Assembly (NCBI RefSeq): GCF_018350175.1 | Contig: NC_058368.1 | Coordinates: 60,390,001-60,454,000 of the forward strand | Source: Felis catus | Lineage: Eukaryota | Length of the DNA stretch: 64,000 bases | Reading direction: 5' to 3' | Part shown: positions 39,598 to 51,979 of the stretch, piece after piece | Layout of the letters: every line of letters begins with the position of its first letter | How positions within the stretch are numbered: the first letter of the stretch is position 1 | The notes under the pieces: model-generated | Told to the model about the DNA's origin: nothing | The model's database searches: none | Seen by the model: the letters and a program-made list of their open reading frames with translations, nothing else | Made by a program: the position numbers and the translations under genes

Positions 39598-40490
39598 ATG
39601 ACAAAACGGAAGAATTCCCCTCAGAAAAACGTCCAGGAATAACAACAGCTAACGAACTGATCAAAAATGATTTAAACAATATAACAGAAAGTGAATTTAG
39701 AATAATAGTCATAAAATTAATCGCTGGGCTTGAAAACAGTATAAAGGACAGCAGACAATCTCTTGCTACAGAGATCAAGGGACTAAGGAACTGCCAGGAG
39801 GAGCTAAAAAATGCTATCAATGAATTGCAAAATAAAATGGAGACAACCACGGCTCGGATTGAAGAGGCAGAGGAGAGAATAGGTGAGCTAGAAGATAAAA
39901 TTATGGAAAAAGAAAAAGCTGAGAAAAAGAGAGATAAAAAAATCCAGGAGTATGAGGGGAAAATTAGAGAACTAAGTGATGCACTAAAGAGAAATAATAT
40001 ACGCATAATTGGTATTCCAGAGGAGGAAGAGAGAGGGAAAGATGCTGAAGGTGTACTTGAAGAAATAATAGCTGAGAACTTCCCAGATCTGGGGAAGGAA
40101 AAAGGCATTGAAATCCAAGAGGCACAGAGAACTCCCTTTAGACGTAACTTGAATCGATCTTCTGCACGACATATCATAGTGAAACTGGCAAAATACAAGG
40201 ATAAAGAGAAAATTCTGAAAGCAGCTAGAGATAAATGTGCTCTAACATATAAAGGGAGACCTATAAGACTCGTGACCAATCTCTGTACTGAAACCTGGCA
40301 GGCCAGAAAGGAATGGCAGGAGATCTTCAATGTGATGAACAGAAAAAATATGCAGCCAAGAATCCTTTATCCAGCAAGTCTGTCATTTAGAATAAAAGGA
40401 GAGATAAAGGTCTTCCCAAACAAACAAAAACTGAAGGAATTTGTCACCACTAAACCAGCCCTACAAGAGATCCTAAGAGGGATCCAGTGA
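39598..40490 (+). pseudogene. L1 ORF1p, frameshifted near the N-terminus
   Basis: ATG 39598 reads MTKRKNSPQKNVQE then TAA. The coiled-coil/RRM/CTD (RNNIRIIGIPEEEE, ARHIIVKL, YPASLSF) continues in another frame to 40490. Confidence 0.9.
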
Positions 40491-40519
40491 GACAAAGTAC
40501 CAGAGACATTGCTACAAGC

Positions 40520-43500
40520 ATGAAACCTACAGACATCACAATGACTCTAAACCCATATCTTTCTTTAATAACACTGAATGTAAATGGACTAAATGCACCA
40601 ACCAAAAGACATAGGGTATCAGAATGGATAAAAAACCAAGACCCATCTATTTACTGTCTACAAGAGACTCATTTTAGACCTGAAGACACCTTCAGATTGA
40701 GAGTGAGGGGATGGAGAACTATTTATCATGCCACTGGAAGTCAAAAGAAAGCTGGAGTAGCCATACTTATATCAGACAAACTAGACTTTAAATTAAAGGC
40801 TGTAACAAGAGATGAAGAAGGGAATTATATAATAATCACAAGGTCTAACCATAAGGAAGAGCTAACAATTATAAATGTCTATGTGCCAAATACAGGAGCC
40901 CCCAAATATATAAAACAATTACTCACAAACATAAGCAACCTTATTGATAAGAATGTGGTAATTGCAGGGGACTTTAACACTCCACTTACAGAAATGGATA
41001 CATCATCTAGACAAAGAATCAATAAACAAGGGCCCTGAATGATACAGTGGATCAGATGGACTTGACAGATATATTTAGAACTCTGCATCCCAAAGCAACA
41101 GAATATACTTTCTTCTCGAGTGCACATGGAACATTCTCCAAGATAGATCACATACTGGGTCACAAAACAGCCCTTCATAAGTAAGCAAGAATTGAAATCA
41201 TACCATGCATACTTTCAGACCACAATGCCATGAAGCTTGAAATCAACCACAGGAAAAAGTCTGGAAAACCTCCAAAAAGCATGGAGGTTAAAGAACACCG
41301 TACTAAAGAACAAATGCGTCAACCAGGCAATTAGGGAAGAAATTAAAAAATATATGGAAACAAATGAAAATGAAAATACAACAATCCAAATGCTTTGGGA
41401 CGCAGCGAAGGCAGTCCTGAGAGGAAAATACATTGCAATCCAGGCCTATCTCAAGAAACAAGAAAAATCCCAAATACAAATCTAACAGCACACCTAAAGG
41501 AAATAGAAGCAGAACAGCAAAGACAGCCTAAATCCAGCAGAAGAGAAATATTAAAGATCAAAGCAGAAATAAACAATATAGAATCTATAAAAAGTGTAGA
41601 GCAGATCAATGAAACCAAGAGTTGGTTTTTTGAAAAAATAAACAGAATTGACAAACCTCTAGCCAGGCTTCTCAAAAAGAAAAGGGAGGTGACCCAAATA
41701 GATAAAATCATGAATGAAAATGGAATTATTACAACCAATCCCTCAGACATACAAGCAATTATCAGGGAATACTATAAAAACTATATGCCAACAAACTGGA
41801 CAACCTGGAAGAAATGGACAAATTCCTAAACACGAACACGCCTCCAAAACTCAATCAGGAGGAAATAGAAAGCTTGAACAGACTCATAACCAGCGAAGAA
41901 ATTGAATCAGTCATCAAAAATCTCCCAACAAATAAGAGTCCAGGACCAGATGGCTTCCCAGGGGAGTTCTACCAGACGTTTAAAGCAGAGATAACACCTA
42001 TCCTTCTGAAGCTATTCTAAGAAATAGAAAGGGAAGGAAAACTTCCAGACTCATTCTATGAAGCCAGTATTACTTTGATCCCTAAACCAGACAGAGACCC
42101 AGTAAAAAAAGAGAACTACAGGCCAATATCCCTGATGAATATGGATGCAAAAATTCTCAATAAAATACTAGCAAATCGAATTCAACAGCATATAAAAAGA
42201 ATTATTCACCATGATCAAGTGGGATTCATTCCTGGGATACAGGACTGGTTCAACATTCACAAATCAATCACTGTGATACATCACATTAATAAAAGAAAAG
42301 ATAAGAACCATATGATCCTGTCAATCGATGCAGAAAAGGCCTTTAACAAAATTCAGCAAACTTTCTTAATAAAAACCCTCGAGAAAGTCGGGATAGAAGG
42401 AACATACTTAAAGATCATAAATGCCATTTATGAAAAGCCCACAGCTAACATCATCCTCAATGGGGAAAAACAGAGCTTTTTCCCTGAGATCAGGAACACG
42501 ACAAGGATGTCCACTCTCACCGCTGTTGTTTAACATAGTGTTGGAAGTTCTAGCATCAGCAATCAGACAACAAAAGGAAATCAAAGGCATCAAAATTGGC
42601 AAAGATGAAGCCAAGCTTTCGCTTTTTGCAGATGACATGATATTATACATAGAAAATCTGATAGACTCCACCAGAAGTCTGCTAGAACTGATACATGAAT
42701 TCGGCAAAGTTGCAGGATACAAAATCAATGTACAGAAATCAGTTGCCTTCTTATACACTAATAATGAAGCAACAGAAAGACAAATAAAGAAACTGATCCC
42801 ATGCACAATTGCACCAAGAAGCATAAAATACCTAGGAATAAATCTAACCAAAGATGTAAAAGATCTGTATGCTGAAAACTATAGAAAGCTTATGAAGGAA
42901 ATTGAAGAAGATATAAAGAAATGGAAAAACATTCCGTGCTCATGGATTGGAAGAATAAATGTTGTCAAAATGTCAGTACTACCCAAAGCTATCTACACAT
43001 TCAATGCAATCCCAATCAAAATTGCACTAGCATTCTTCTCGAAACGAGAACAAGCAATCCTAAAATTCATATGGAACCACAAAAGACCCCGAATAGCCAA
43101 AGTAATTTTGAAGAAGACCAAAGCAGGAGGCATCACAATCCCAGACTTTAGCCTCTACTACAAAGCTGTAATCATCAAGACAGCATGGTATTGGCACAAA
43201 AACAGACACACAGACCAATGGAATAGAATAGAAACCCCAGAACTAGACCCACAAACATATGGCCAACTAATCTTTGACAAAGCAGGAAAGAATATCCAAT
43301 GGAAAAAAGACAGTCTCTTTAACAAATGGTGCTAGAAGAACTGGACAGCAACATGCAGAAGATTGAAACTAGACCACTTTCTCACACCATTCACAAAAAT
43401 AAACTCAAAATGGATAAAGGACCTGAATGTGAGACAGGAAACCATCAAAACCCTAGAGGAGAAAGCAGGAAAAGACCTCCCTGACCTCAGCTGTAGCAAT

Positions 43501-44353
43501 TTCTTACTTGACACATCCCCAAAGGCAAGGGAATTAAAAGCAAAAATGAACTACTGGGACCTTATGAAGATCAAAAGCTTCTGCATAGCAAAGGAAACAA
43601 CCAACAAAACTAAAAGGCAACCAACGGAATGGGAAAAGATATTTGTAAATGACATTTCGGACAAAGGGCTAGTATCCAAAATCTATAAAGAGCTCACCAA
43701 ACTCCACACCCGAAAAACAAAGAACCCAGTGAAGAAATGGGCAGAAAACATGAATAGACACTTCTCTAAAGAAGACATCTGGATGGCCAACAGGTACATG
43801 AAAAGATGCTCAACGTCGCTCCTCATCAGGGAAATACAAATCAAAACCACACTCAGATATCACCTCACGCCAGTCAGAGTGGCTAAAATGAACAAATCAG
43901 GAGACTATAGATGCTGGAGAGCATGTGGAGAAACGGGAACCCTCTTGCACTGTTGGTGGGAATGCAAATTGGTGCAGCCACTCTGGAAAACAGTGTGGAC
44001 GTTCCTCAGAAAATTAAAAATAGACCTACCCTATGACCCAGCAGTAGCATTGCTAGGAATTTACCCAAGGGATACAGGAATACTGATGCATAGGGGCACT
44101 TGTACCCCAATGTTTATAGCAGCACTCTCAACAATAGCCAAATTATGGAAAGACCCTAAATGTCCATCAACTGATGAATGGTTAAAAAAAATTGTGGTTT
44201 ATATACACAATGGAGTACTACGTGGCAATGAGAAAGAATGATATATGGCCCTTTGTAGCAACATGGATGGAACTGGAGAGTGTGATGCTAAGTGAAATAA
44301 GCCATACAGAGAAAGACAGATACCATATGTGTTCACTCTTATGTGGATCCTGA
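40520..44353 (+). pseudogene. L1 ORF2p (endonuclease / reverse transcriptase), multiply disrupted
   Basis: EN motifs TLNVNGL, CLQETH, GDFNTPL; RT motifs [25 protein letters not shown]...HCWWEC. Split by frameshifts and by in-frame stops at 42018-42020 and 43333-43335. Confidence 0.95.
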
Positions 44354-45432
44354 GAAACTTAACAGAAACCCATGGGGGAGGGGAAGGAAAAAAAAAAGAA
44401 GAGGTCAGAGTGGAAGAGAGCCAAAGCATAAGAGTACTGTTAAAAACTGAGAACAAACTGAGTGTTGATGGGGGTGGGAGGGAGGAGAGGGTGGGTGATG
44501 GTCATTGAGGAGGGCACCTGTTGGGATGAGCACTGGGTGTTGTATGGAAACCAATTTGACGATAAACTTTATATATTGAAAAATAAAAAAAAATAAAACA
44601 AAATAAAATAAAATAAAATAAAATAAAATAAAATAAAATAATAAAGTAAATAAATCAGGGAAAACAATCTTAATTGTGGTATTATGTTTAAATTATGTTT
44701 TCAGAAGAATACTCTGGAGTTTTCAGAATTGGAAGATTTTATCTAGAATAAATGTAGCCTGAGATTAGTATTGGATTAAATCACCTGAAAACCAAGAATC
44801 CCCATCATAGTGTTTCTTTTCCTCTGTTATTTTAATCCTAATGTGTATGTTATATAAGAAATGAGTCTCCACTCAAATGGGTGCTGAGTGGCCTAATGGC
44901 AGTGTGTCCTTTCTTCTGAGTACTTGCAAGGCTGACTCAGGATTTATTTTTTCTCTCTGATCATAATTTCCTTGTTTTACAGGTAATACATCCACGGTGC
45001 TGCTGCTGACCAACTGCCGCTGACAGCAAGTTTTGTTTCCTAATAGGGAGGTAGCTATGCCTATTTTTGAACACTTTTTTCTCCTTGGCATTTAGCCCAG
45101 AAAGAAATACGTTATTTTCCTAGATGTTCTTGACCTCCAAAGTCAGATGACCCTCCTCAAAATTTCTCTGATCCCACATGTATATCCATTCTCTTGCCTT
45201 TCTCAAGATTCCTTACTCATGGGCACTGAACCACTCTCAAATGCTCCCTGAACTCTTAAACTTTGTCCTTCCTAAGAGAATCCCATCTTTGAATAGTTCC
45301 TCCCATCTCACTTTCCTAACTTCTTTCACCTCAACTTATCTCAAAACTACATGCTTCTCAAGTTTCCATTTAATCAGCTACTAATTTAAGATTCAGCCTA
45401 ACATCGTATAAGGCATGGGGGATATAAAGGTG

Positions 45433-45771
45433 AATAAAACGTAGTCCTCTCCTGGAAAAGCTCATCTTCTAGCACGGAAAAATGACAGAAAACCATTATT
45501 ATTATATAGGACAAAATCATTGTAACAGACAGGTATCTGATTTAATGGTACATATGAAATGGACCCTGTTTGAATATGATGCTTAGGAAGTGGTGGATTT
45601 GGGGGCGCCTGGGTGGCTCAGTTGGTTAAGTGTCCGGTTTTGGCTCAGGTCATGTTCTGGTGGTCCATGAGTTCGAACCCCATGTCAGGCTCTGTGCTGA
45701 CAGCTCAAAGCCTGGAGCCTGCTTTGGATTCTGTGTCTCCCTTTCTGCCTCTGCACCTCCCACCTGCCCAT

Positions 45772-45822
<51 letters not shown>

Positions 45823-46058
45823 AATAAATAACCATTAAAATTTTTTAAAAAAAACAAAGTAAGAAAGTGGATTTTAAGGAAGGACTTGCTGCCTAAGGTA
45901 TGAACATGAAAAGAAAGATAGCATTCTAGGGAAAGGAGCACTATCCTCAAGGACAGGGAGTCAATAAACCACATCTTATGTGTTAATGCTGTTGGAGAGT
46001 ATGTATAGAAGTGAGGCAAGAGCCTTAATGATGAAAATCTCACTTACCATCTTAAAGA
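45433..46058 (-). repeat. Right arm of ~600-bp inverted duplication
   Basis: Reverse complement of 37967-38567; ORF-track entries 37982+ and 45705- are near-identical translations. Confidence 0.95.
45601..45865 (+). mobile_element. CAN SINE inside the right arm
   Basis: Head gggggcgcctgggtggctcag, longer (CT)n than the left copy. Confidence 0.92.
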
Positions 46059-46821
46059 CCAATGTTTTGTTTTCATTTTTTTCTTTTAGTTTTGACTTTG
46101 AAATTATATGGTCATATCCAGGAATATCAACTCCTTCTATAACATTCTTAGTTGGTAAAAGTATAATATTTACATTATAGTTGAGCCAAAGACTATATTG
46201 AACTTATAATTGTTTATTATGCTACATATTAATCTAATTCCAAAATGAACCAAAGTACTGAAAAATAGAAAAATACATATATAGCCTTCATCTTAGAATA
46301 GATTGGAACAATAAAATCACATAAGATAATTTTATTGCATATTAGGTCAAGTATTCAATCTTCCTTCATTTACCAAATCCTATATAAACTTCATGAAATG
46401 GCATTCTTCATTGGGCTACCTCTGTTGTACTTGCCAAGTGACTTGGAATATCTCCAGAAAATCATGTTACTCTATCATTTTCTTCTAAAAGTGTAGAATT
46501 ACAGCGCTTTCACTTCTAACATCTTACCAATAATTCTCACAGTAATATGAGTATATCTGTATGCCCCTTAAATTATTTAAGTAATTTTAATCTGCAATAT
46601 TTGATTAATAATAAGTATTTATTTTGTTGTCATAATATTGCAGTATATTTTTTGAGAAAAATTTTATTTCAAAATTTTTAACATTCTATAATCCATAAGA
46701 TGGGTCCAAAACAAACTGTATAAAAGAGTATAATCCATTAGTCACACTAATTAGTCTGCTGTAGCCAACGGCTATTCCAGAGCAATATCTGTTAAGCTGT
46801 CTGTACAGTCCCTGTAGCTAC

Positions 46822-47027
46822 TTTTTTAAAAAAAATTCATGTTAGTTAGCATATAGTGTAGTATTGGTTCCAGGAGTAGAATTTAGTGATTCATCACTTA
46901 CATATAACACCCAGTGCTCATCCCAACAAGTGACCTCCTTAATGCACTTCATCCAGTTAGCCCTTTCCCTCATCCACCTCCCCTCCAGCAACCCTCAGCT
47001 TGTTCTCTGTATTTAAGAGCCTCTTCT
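46822..47027 (-). mobile_element. Short carnivore L1 3'-end fragment
   Basis: gattcatcacttacatataacacccagtgctcatcccaacaagtg...ctccagcaaccctcag is the reverse of the carnivore L1 3' terminus. Confidence 0.85.
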
Positions 47028-47037
47028 GACATAGTAG

Positions 47038-49026
47038 CTTTATTTTTTCTCCAAGTTTTGTTTAGTTTCAGGTGTAGAATTTAATGGTTCATCACTTACA
47101 TACAACATCCACTGCTCAACACAACTAGTGTCTTCCTTAGTACCCATCACCAGTTTAACCCATTCCATTCTCACCTCCTATCCAGCAACCCTGTTTTTTC
47201 TCCATATTTAAGATCTGTTTTATGGTTCGCCTGTTGTTCGCCCTCTGTGTTCTTCTGTTTTGTTTCTTACATTCCACTTATGAGTGAAATCATATGGTAT
47301 TTGTCTTCCTGTGACTGACTTATTTCACTTAGCATAATATATTCTAGCTCCATCCACATCATTGCAAATGGCGAAATCTCATTCTTTTTTAGGGCTAATA
47401 TTCCACTGTATATCTATATATTGTATATCTATATTTTCTCTATCCATCTCTATCTACTTGTCAGTCCATAGACATTTGGGGTCTTTCCATAATTTGGCAA
47501 TTGTTGATAACGCTACTATAAACATTGGGGTGCATGTACCCCTTCAAATCAGTACTTTTGTATTTTGTATTTTGTATTTTACTTTCTTGAGGAACCTCCA
47601 TACTCTTCTCCAGAGTGGTTGCACCAGTTTTCATGCCCACCAACAGTGTAAGAGGGTTCCCCTTTCTCCATTTCTTCACCAATACCCATGTTATTGATTT
47701 TAGCCATTCTGAATAGGGGTGAGATGGTATATAATTGTAGTTTTGATTTATGTTTCCCTGATGATAAGTGGTGGTGAGCATCTTTTCATGTGTCTGTTTG
47801 CCATTTGGATGTCTTCCTTGGAAAAATGTCTACTCACATCTTCTGCTCATTTTTTAATTGGATTATTGATTTGGAGGTATTGAGTTTTATGAGTTCTTTA
47901 GATATTTTGGATACTAACCCTTTACAGATATGTCATTTGCAAATATCTTCTCCCCTTCTAAAGGTTGCCTTTTTGTTTTGTTGACTATTTACCTTGTTGT
48001 GCAGAAGTTTTATATCTTCAGGAAATCCCAAAGGCTTATTTTCACTTTTGCTTCCCTTGCCTCAGGAGACATATCTAGTAAGAAGTTGCTAACGTGGATC
48101 ATAGAGGTTATTGCCTTTGTTCTCCTCTAATATTTTGAGGGTTTCTTGTTTCCTGTCTCATGTTTAGGTCTTTCATCCATTTTAAATTTGTTTTTGTGTA
48201 GGGTTTAAGAGAGTGGTCCAGTTTTATTCTTTTGCATGTCACTGTACAGTTTTCCCAATACCATTTGTTGAAGAGATCTGTGTTTTTTCTGTTGGATATT
48301 CTTTCCTGCTTTGTAGAAGATTAGTTGACCATATAGTTGTGGGTCCAATTCTGGGTTTTCTATTCTGTTTCATTGATCTATGTGTCTGTTTTTGTGCCAG
48401 TACCATACTGTCTTCATGACTACATCTTTATAATAAAGCTTGAGGTCTGGAATTGTGATGCTTCCAGCTTTGCTTTTCTTTTTCAAGATGGCCTTGGCTA
48501 TTTGGAGTCTTTTGTGGTTCCATACAAACTTTAGGATTGTTTGTCCTACCTCTGTGAAAAATGCTGATGGTACTTTGACAGGGCTTGCATTAAATGTATA
48601 GATTACTTTGGGTAGTATAGATATTTTAACAATATTTGTTCTTCCAATCCATGAGCATGGGATGGTCTTCCATTACTTTGTGTCATCTTTAATTTCCTTC
48701 ATGAGTGTTCTATAGTTTTCAAAGTACAGATATTTTACCTCTTTGGTTAGATTTATTCCTAGGTATCTTATGGTTTTTGGTGCAATTGTAAATGGGATTG
48801 ATTCCTTTATTTCTCTTTCTGCTACTTCATTATTGGTGTGTAGAAATGCAACAGATTTGTGTACATTGATTTTGTATACTGCAACTTACTGAATTCATGT
48901 GTCAGCTCTAGCAAATTTTTTGGCTGGGGTCTTTCAGATTTTCTACATACAGTACAATGTCATCTGCAAATAGTGAAAGTTTGGTTTCTTTCTTTGGATG
49001 CCTTTTATTTCTTTTTTGTTGTCTGA
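47038..49026 (-). mobile_element. 5'-truncated carnivore L1 (~2 kb, older)
   Basis: Reverse 3' UTR and ORF2 up to the RT region (catctgcaaatag = LFAD on the minus strand); heavily mutated. Confidence 0.92.
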
Positions 49027-50064
49027 AGGATTGCTCATGCATTTGTGCCTATATTCATTTTTTTCTATGAACATTATTTGGTTCATGCAATGTGTCAGAT
49101 AGTACACTGGGAATTAGGAAAAAGAAATCAATAGCAATTTCTAACCCCAGAAGCTTGCCTAATAATACTATCATAGACATAAACAAAAAAAAGCACCTTT
49201 TTTTTTGTGGTTAATAACATGGAAACCTAATCTACTGGGTGTAAAGGAAAGAGGAGAGAGAAGGCAAAAGGAACTTTGTGGAATAGTTGTTTTCTGAGGT
49301 ACATCTTGAACAAATAGCAAATCTTAGTAATTTTGGACTTTCTGTGACCGTAATCTATCTTTCTTCCTGTCTATTTCTTTCTCTCTCTTTCTTTTCTTTT
49401 CTTTTTTTTTTAATTTTGGAAATGTTCATTATATTCTTGTAGACACTTTATTACCAGGCTGAAAAAGCATATAATTATTTTAGTGTCTTACACTGAGTAA
49501 TCCACCTTATTGAATTATTTTATTTCTTTAATTTCCTTAAATGGGTCTTTTTTTTAAATTTCCTCTGGTACTACATTGTTACAAATGTTCAAATTTTAAA
49601 ATATCAGTTGCACAAATGGATGTCAAATCAAGTATAGTGAAATAATAGAACCTGTTATGAGCGGCCTGACCTCTACCTAGTCCTGGAAGGCCCAGGCTAA
49701 CTGTAATTAAGGTTGTATCCATATGTTGTGCTCACCTACCAATTTCCATACTTCGTTATTTAACATAAATTTCCATTTTTATGTTTCCCATCTGATATTC
49801 TGAAATTTAAAAATGCACGTAATTCAATATTCTTTATTTTTAGATTATATGTTCTAAGCATATTATCTGTGTATCATGCAGAAGATTGAATGATGCGATG
49901 CAAAACTAATATACATTACCTGCCAAGATATTTTAATTTAGTTTTACTTGTAGATGACACAGAGTATCATTTTAAGATAGTAACAATATTGAGAATGCAA
50001 GCTTCTTAAAAAATTAAGCCAATTTACTATAGAATAGTTCACATCATATAGGTAAGTGGCCTAA

Positions 50065-50280
50065 CAGGTATTGGGCATTTCTCATATATCAGAAAACATG
50101 CCAGATGCTTTGCCAAGCTATTTTATTTTATTCTTACAAAAACAGTAGAAATATATCTACTGTCTCTGTTTTGTAAAAGAGAACTTGAGAGTTCAAGAGG
50201 TTAAACAACAAGAGAGCCAAGGTCGTGGTGCAAACTAAAGCTGTTTGGCTGTAAAGCTCATAATGATTCTACTATATGAA
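50065..50280 (-). mobile_element. MIR fragment
   Basis: Degenerate core ctgttttgtaaaagagaacttgagagttcaagaggttaaacaac. Confidence 0.55.
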
Positions 50281-50599
50281 AAATTGCCCAATTAGAAAAT
50301 AAACTTTTCTAGTTAATGCGAAACTACTAAACATACTATGCATAAGTGAGAACTATTTATATTTAAATTTTTAGATTTAATAAATTGGGAATAATTGTGC
50401 AACTGTAGAGACTATCATGGGATCTTTACCTTTGTTCTGGGAAACTGTATTGTGTCTTGCAGTATCTAACAGTGTAATGGACCCTCAATAAACATTGAAG
50501 TAGAGTCCTAATTCTAACTGGCAGATATTTTCATATAATGCCAGTTTATTTTTTATGGTAGTGATATTTCACATACTTTATACTTTAAATAATATTGAC

Positions 50600-51069
50600 T
50601 GTGATAAACTAATTAAGGCTCTCTTTAGCCCCACTGAAGATATCTCCATCCTGATCCCTGCAATTCGGAACCTGTGAATGAACTATTTTGGCTGGTTGAA
50701 GAGACATCCAGTTACAATGTTTGAGATGGAGAGATTATCCTGGGTTCTCTAGGTGGGCCTTAAATGTAATCACAGATGTTCTTATAAGCCGGGGATATGA
50801 AAAGTAAAAGGAGGGACAAGGCAATAAAAGGAGAGATGTGGATTGGAGTGGTATAGTCAAGAAATCCTGGCACTCTCCAGGAGTTGCAAGAGGCAAGAAT
50901 TTTCCCCTGGAAACTGCAGCAGGAACGGGGCCTATCAACAATTTGATTTTAACCCATGAAGACCCCGTTTGGACTTCTAATATTCAGAACTGTAAGAGAA
51001 TAAATTTGTGTTGTTTTAAGCCACTAAATTTGTGGTGATTTGATACAACAGCTATAGGAAATGAATACA
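50600..51069 (+). mobile_element. MaLR solo LTR (MLT1-type)
   Basis: TG...CA ends; gagattatcctgg...gtgggccttaaatgtaatcaca and cagaactgtaagagaataaatttgtgttgttttaagccactaaatttgtgg are typical of MLT1. Confidence 0.88.
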
Positions 51070-51768
51070 TATTGGAAATATGATTTAACTTCTGTTTTCT
51101 GATATTAAATATTAGATAGCCTTAAGTTAATTCAAAGTCCAAATGTTTTATTATCTTTAAAGTAGACAGGGTTGAGAGCCAAAGTAAGCTGTAATAACAA
51201 GGGGAAGTATTTATATTTAACTACTATTATGAAAGACCAATATCCTGCTGCAAGAACCAATCTCAAAGTTTGGAGGTAACTTAAATGGAACTATTTGTTG
51301 CAATAGTTATCCAGTGCATTGAAGAATTAACTGATATTTTAAAATAAAACTTGTATTCATTCATTAGAAGAGATCCAAAAAGGATCCTAGAACTACAAAC
51401 TATATATTTAATTTTTTTCTGGGATAAATTCAAGATTCTGTAAAATAATTGAATAAAAATATGATAATTGGTGGAAGTTCAACATAGTTTCATAAAACTA
51501 AATTCTTTTAAAAAATTGTAGTCATTTAAAAAGGTTAATTATGTATACATTTGGTTTCTGGGATGAAATATAATTTCAATTCAAAATCTTTCTTTTGCAA
51601 TATTTCTAAAAGCTGTTTCATTAATAGAGTCACTCTATAAATGAGAAAACAAATTTTTTTCATTTGTTTTCAAAATAAAAATCTTACAGTAAGAAAGGAA
51701 ATTGAGGTTGTTAGAAGTAGTCTGCTTTTCATGGAGTTGCTGAAGACACTTTAAAAGATTACTACAGT

Positions 51769-51979
51769 GGGGCACGTTGGTGGCTCAGTTGGTTAAGTGT
51801 CCTACTTCAGTTCAGGTCATGATCTGGCGGTTTGTGGGTTCGAGCCCTGTGTTGGGCTCTGCTGACAGCTCAGAGTCTGAAACCTGCTTCAGATTCTGTG
51901 TCTCCCTCTCTCTCTGTCCCTCCTTCTCTCTCTCTCTCCCTCTTTCTCTCTCAAAAGTAAATAAATATTTAAAAAACAT
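51769..51979 (+). mobile_element. CAN SINE
   Basis: Head, CT tract, tail; TSD aaaga(t/c)tactacag. Confidence 0.92.

Larger units (their letters stand above)
38658..44648 (+). mobile_element. Full-length felid LINE-1, inactivated
   Basis: GC-rich 5' UTR, ORF1, ORF2 (EN, RT, Cys-rich domain), G-rich 3' UTR and (TAAAA)n tail; TSD aataaatcagggaa at 38644-38657 and 44649-44662, preceded by TTT (L1 endonuclease-like site). Confidence 0.97.

Noticed and set aside
39536..40330. 264-aa antisense ORF over L1 ORF1
   Set aside because: S/F/L/I-rich mirror of an A-rich sense strand.
39420..40490. 356-aa ORF as an intact, extended ORF1p
   Set aside because: Starts at GTG in the 5' UTR; the true ORF1 ATG (39598) is in another frame and hits a stop.
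37982..46043. Two near-identical ~100-aa ORFs (37982+ and 45705-) as a duplicated gene pair
   Set aside because: They are translations of decayed L2 plus SINE sequence; the similarity comes from the inverted duplication.
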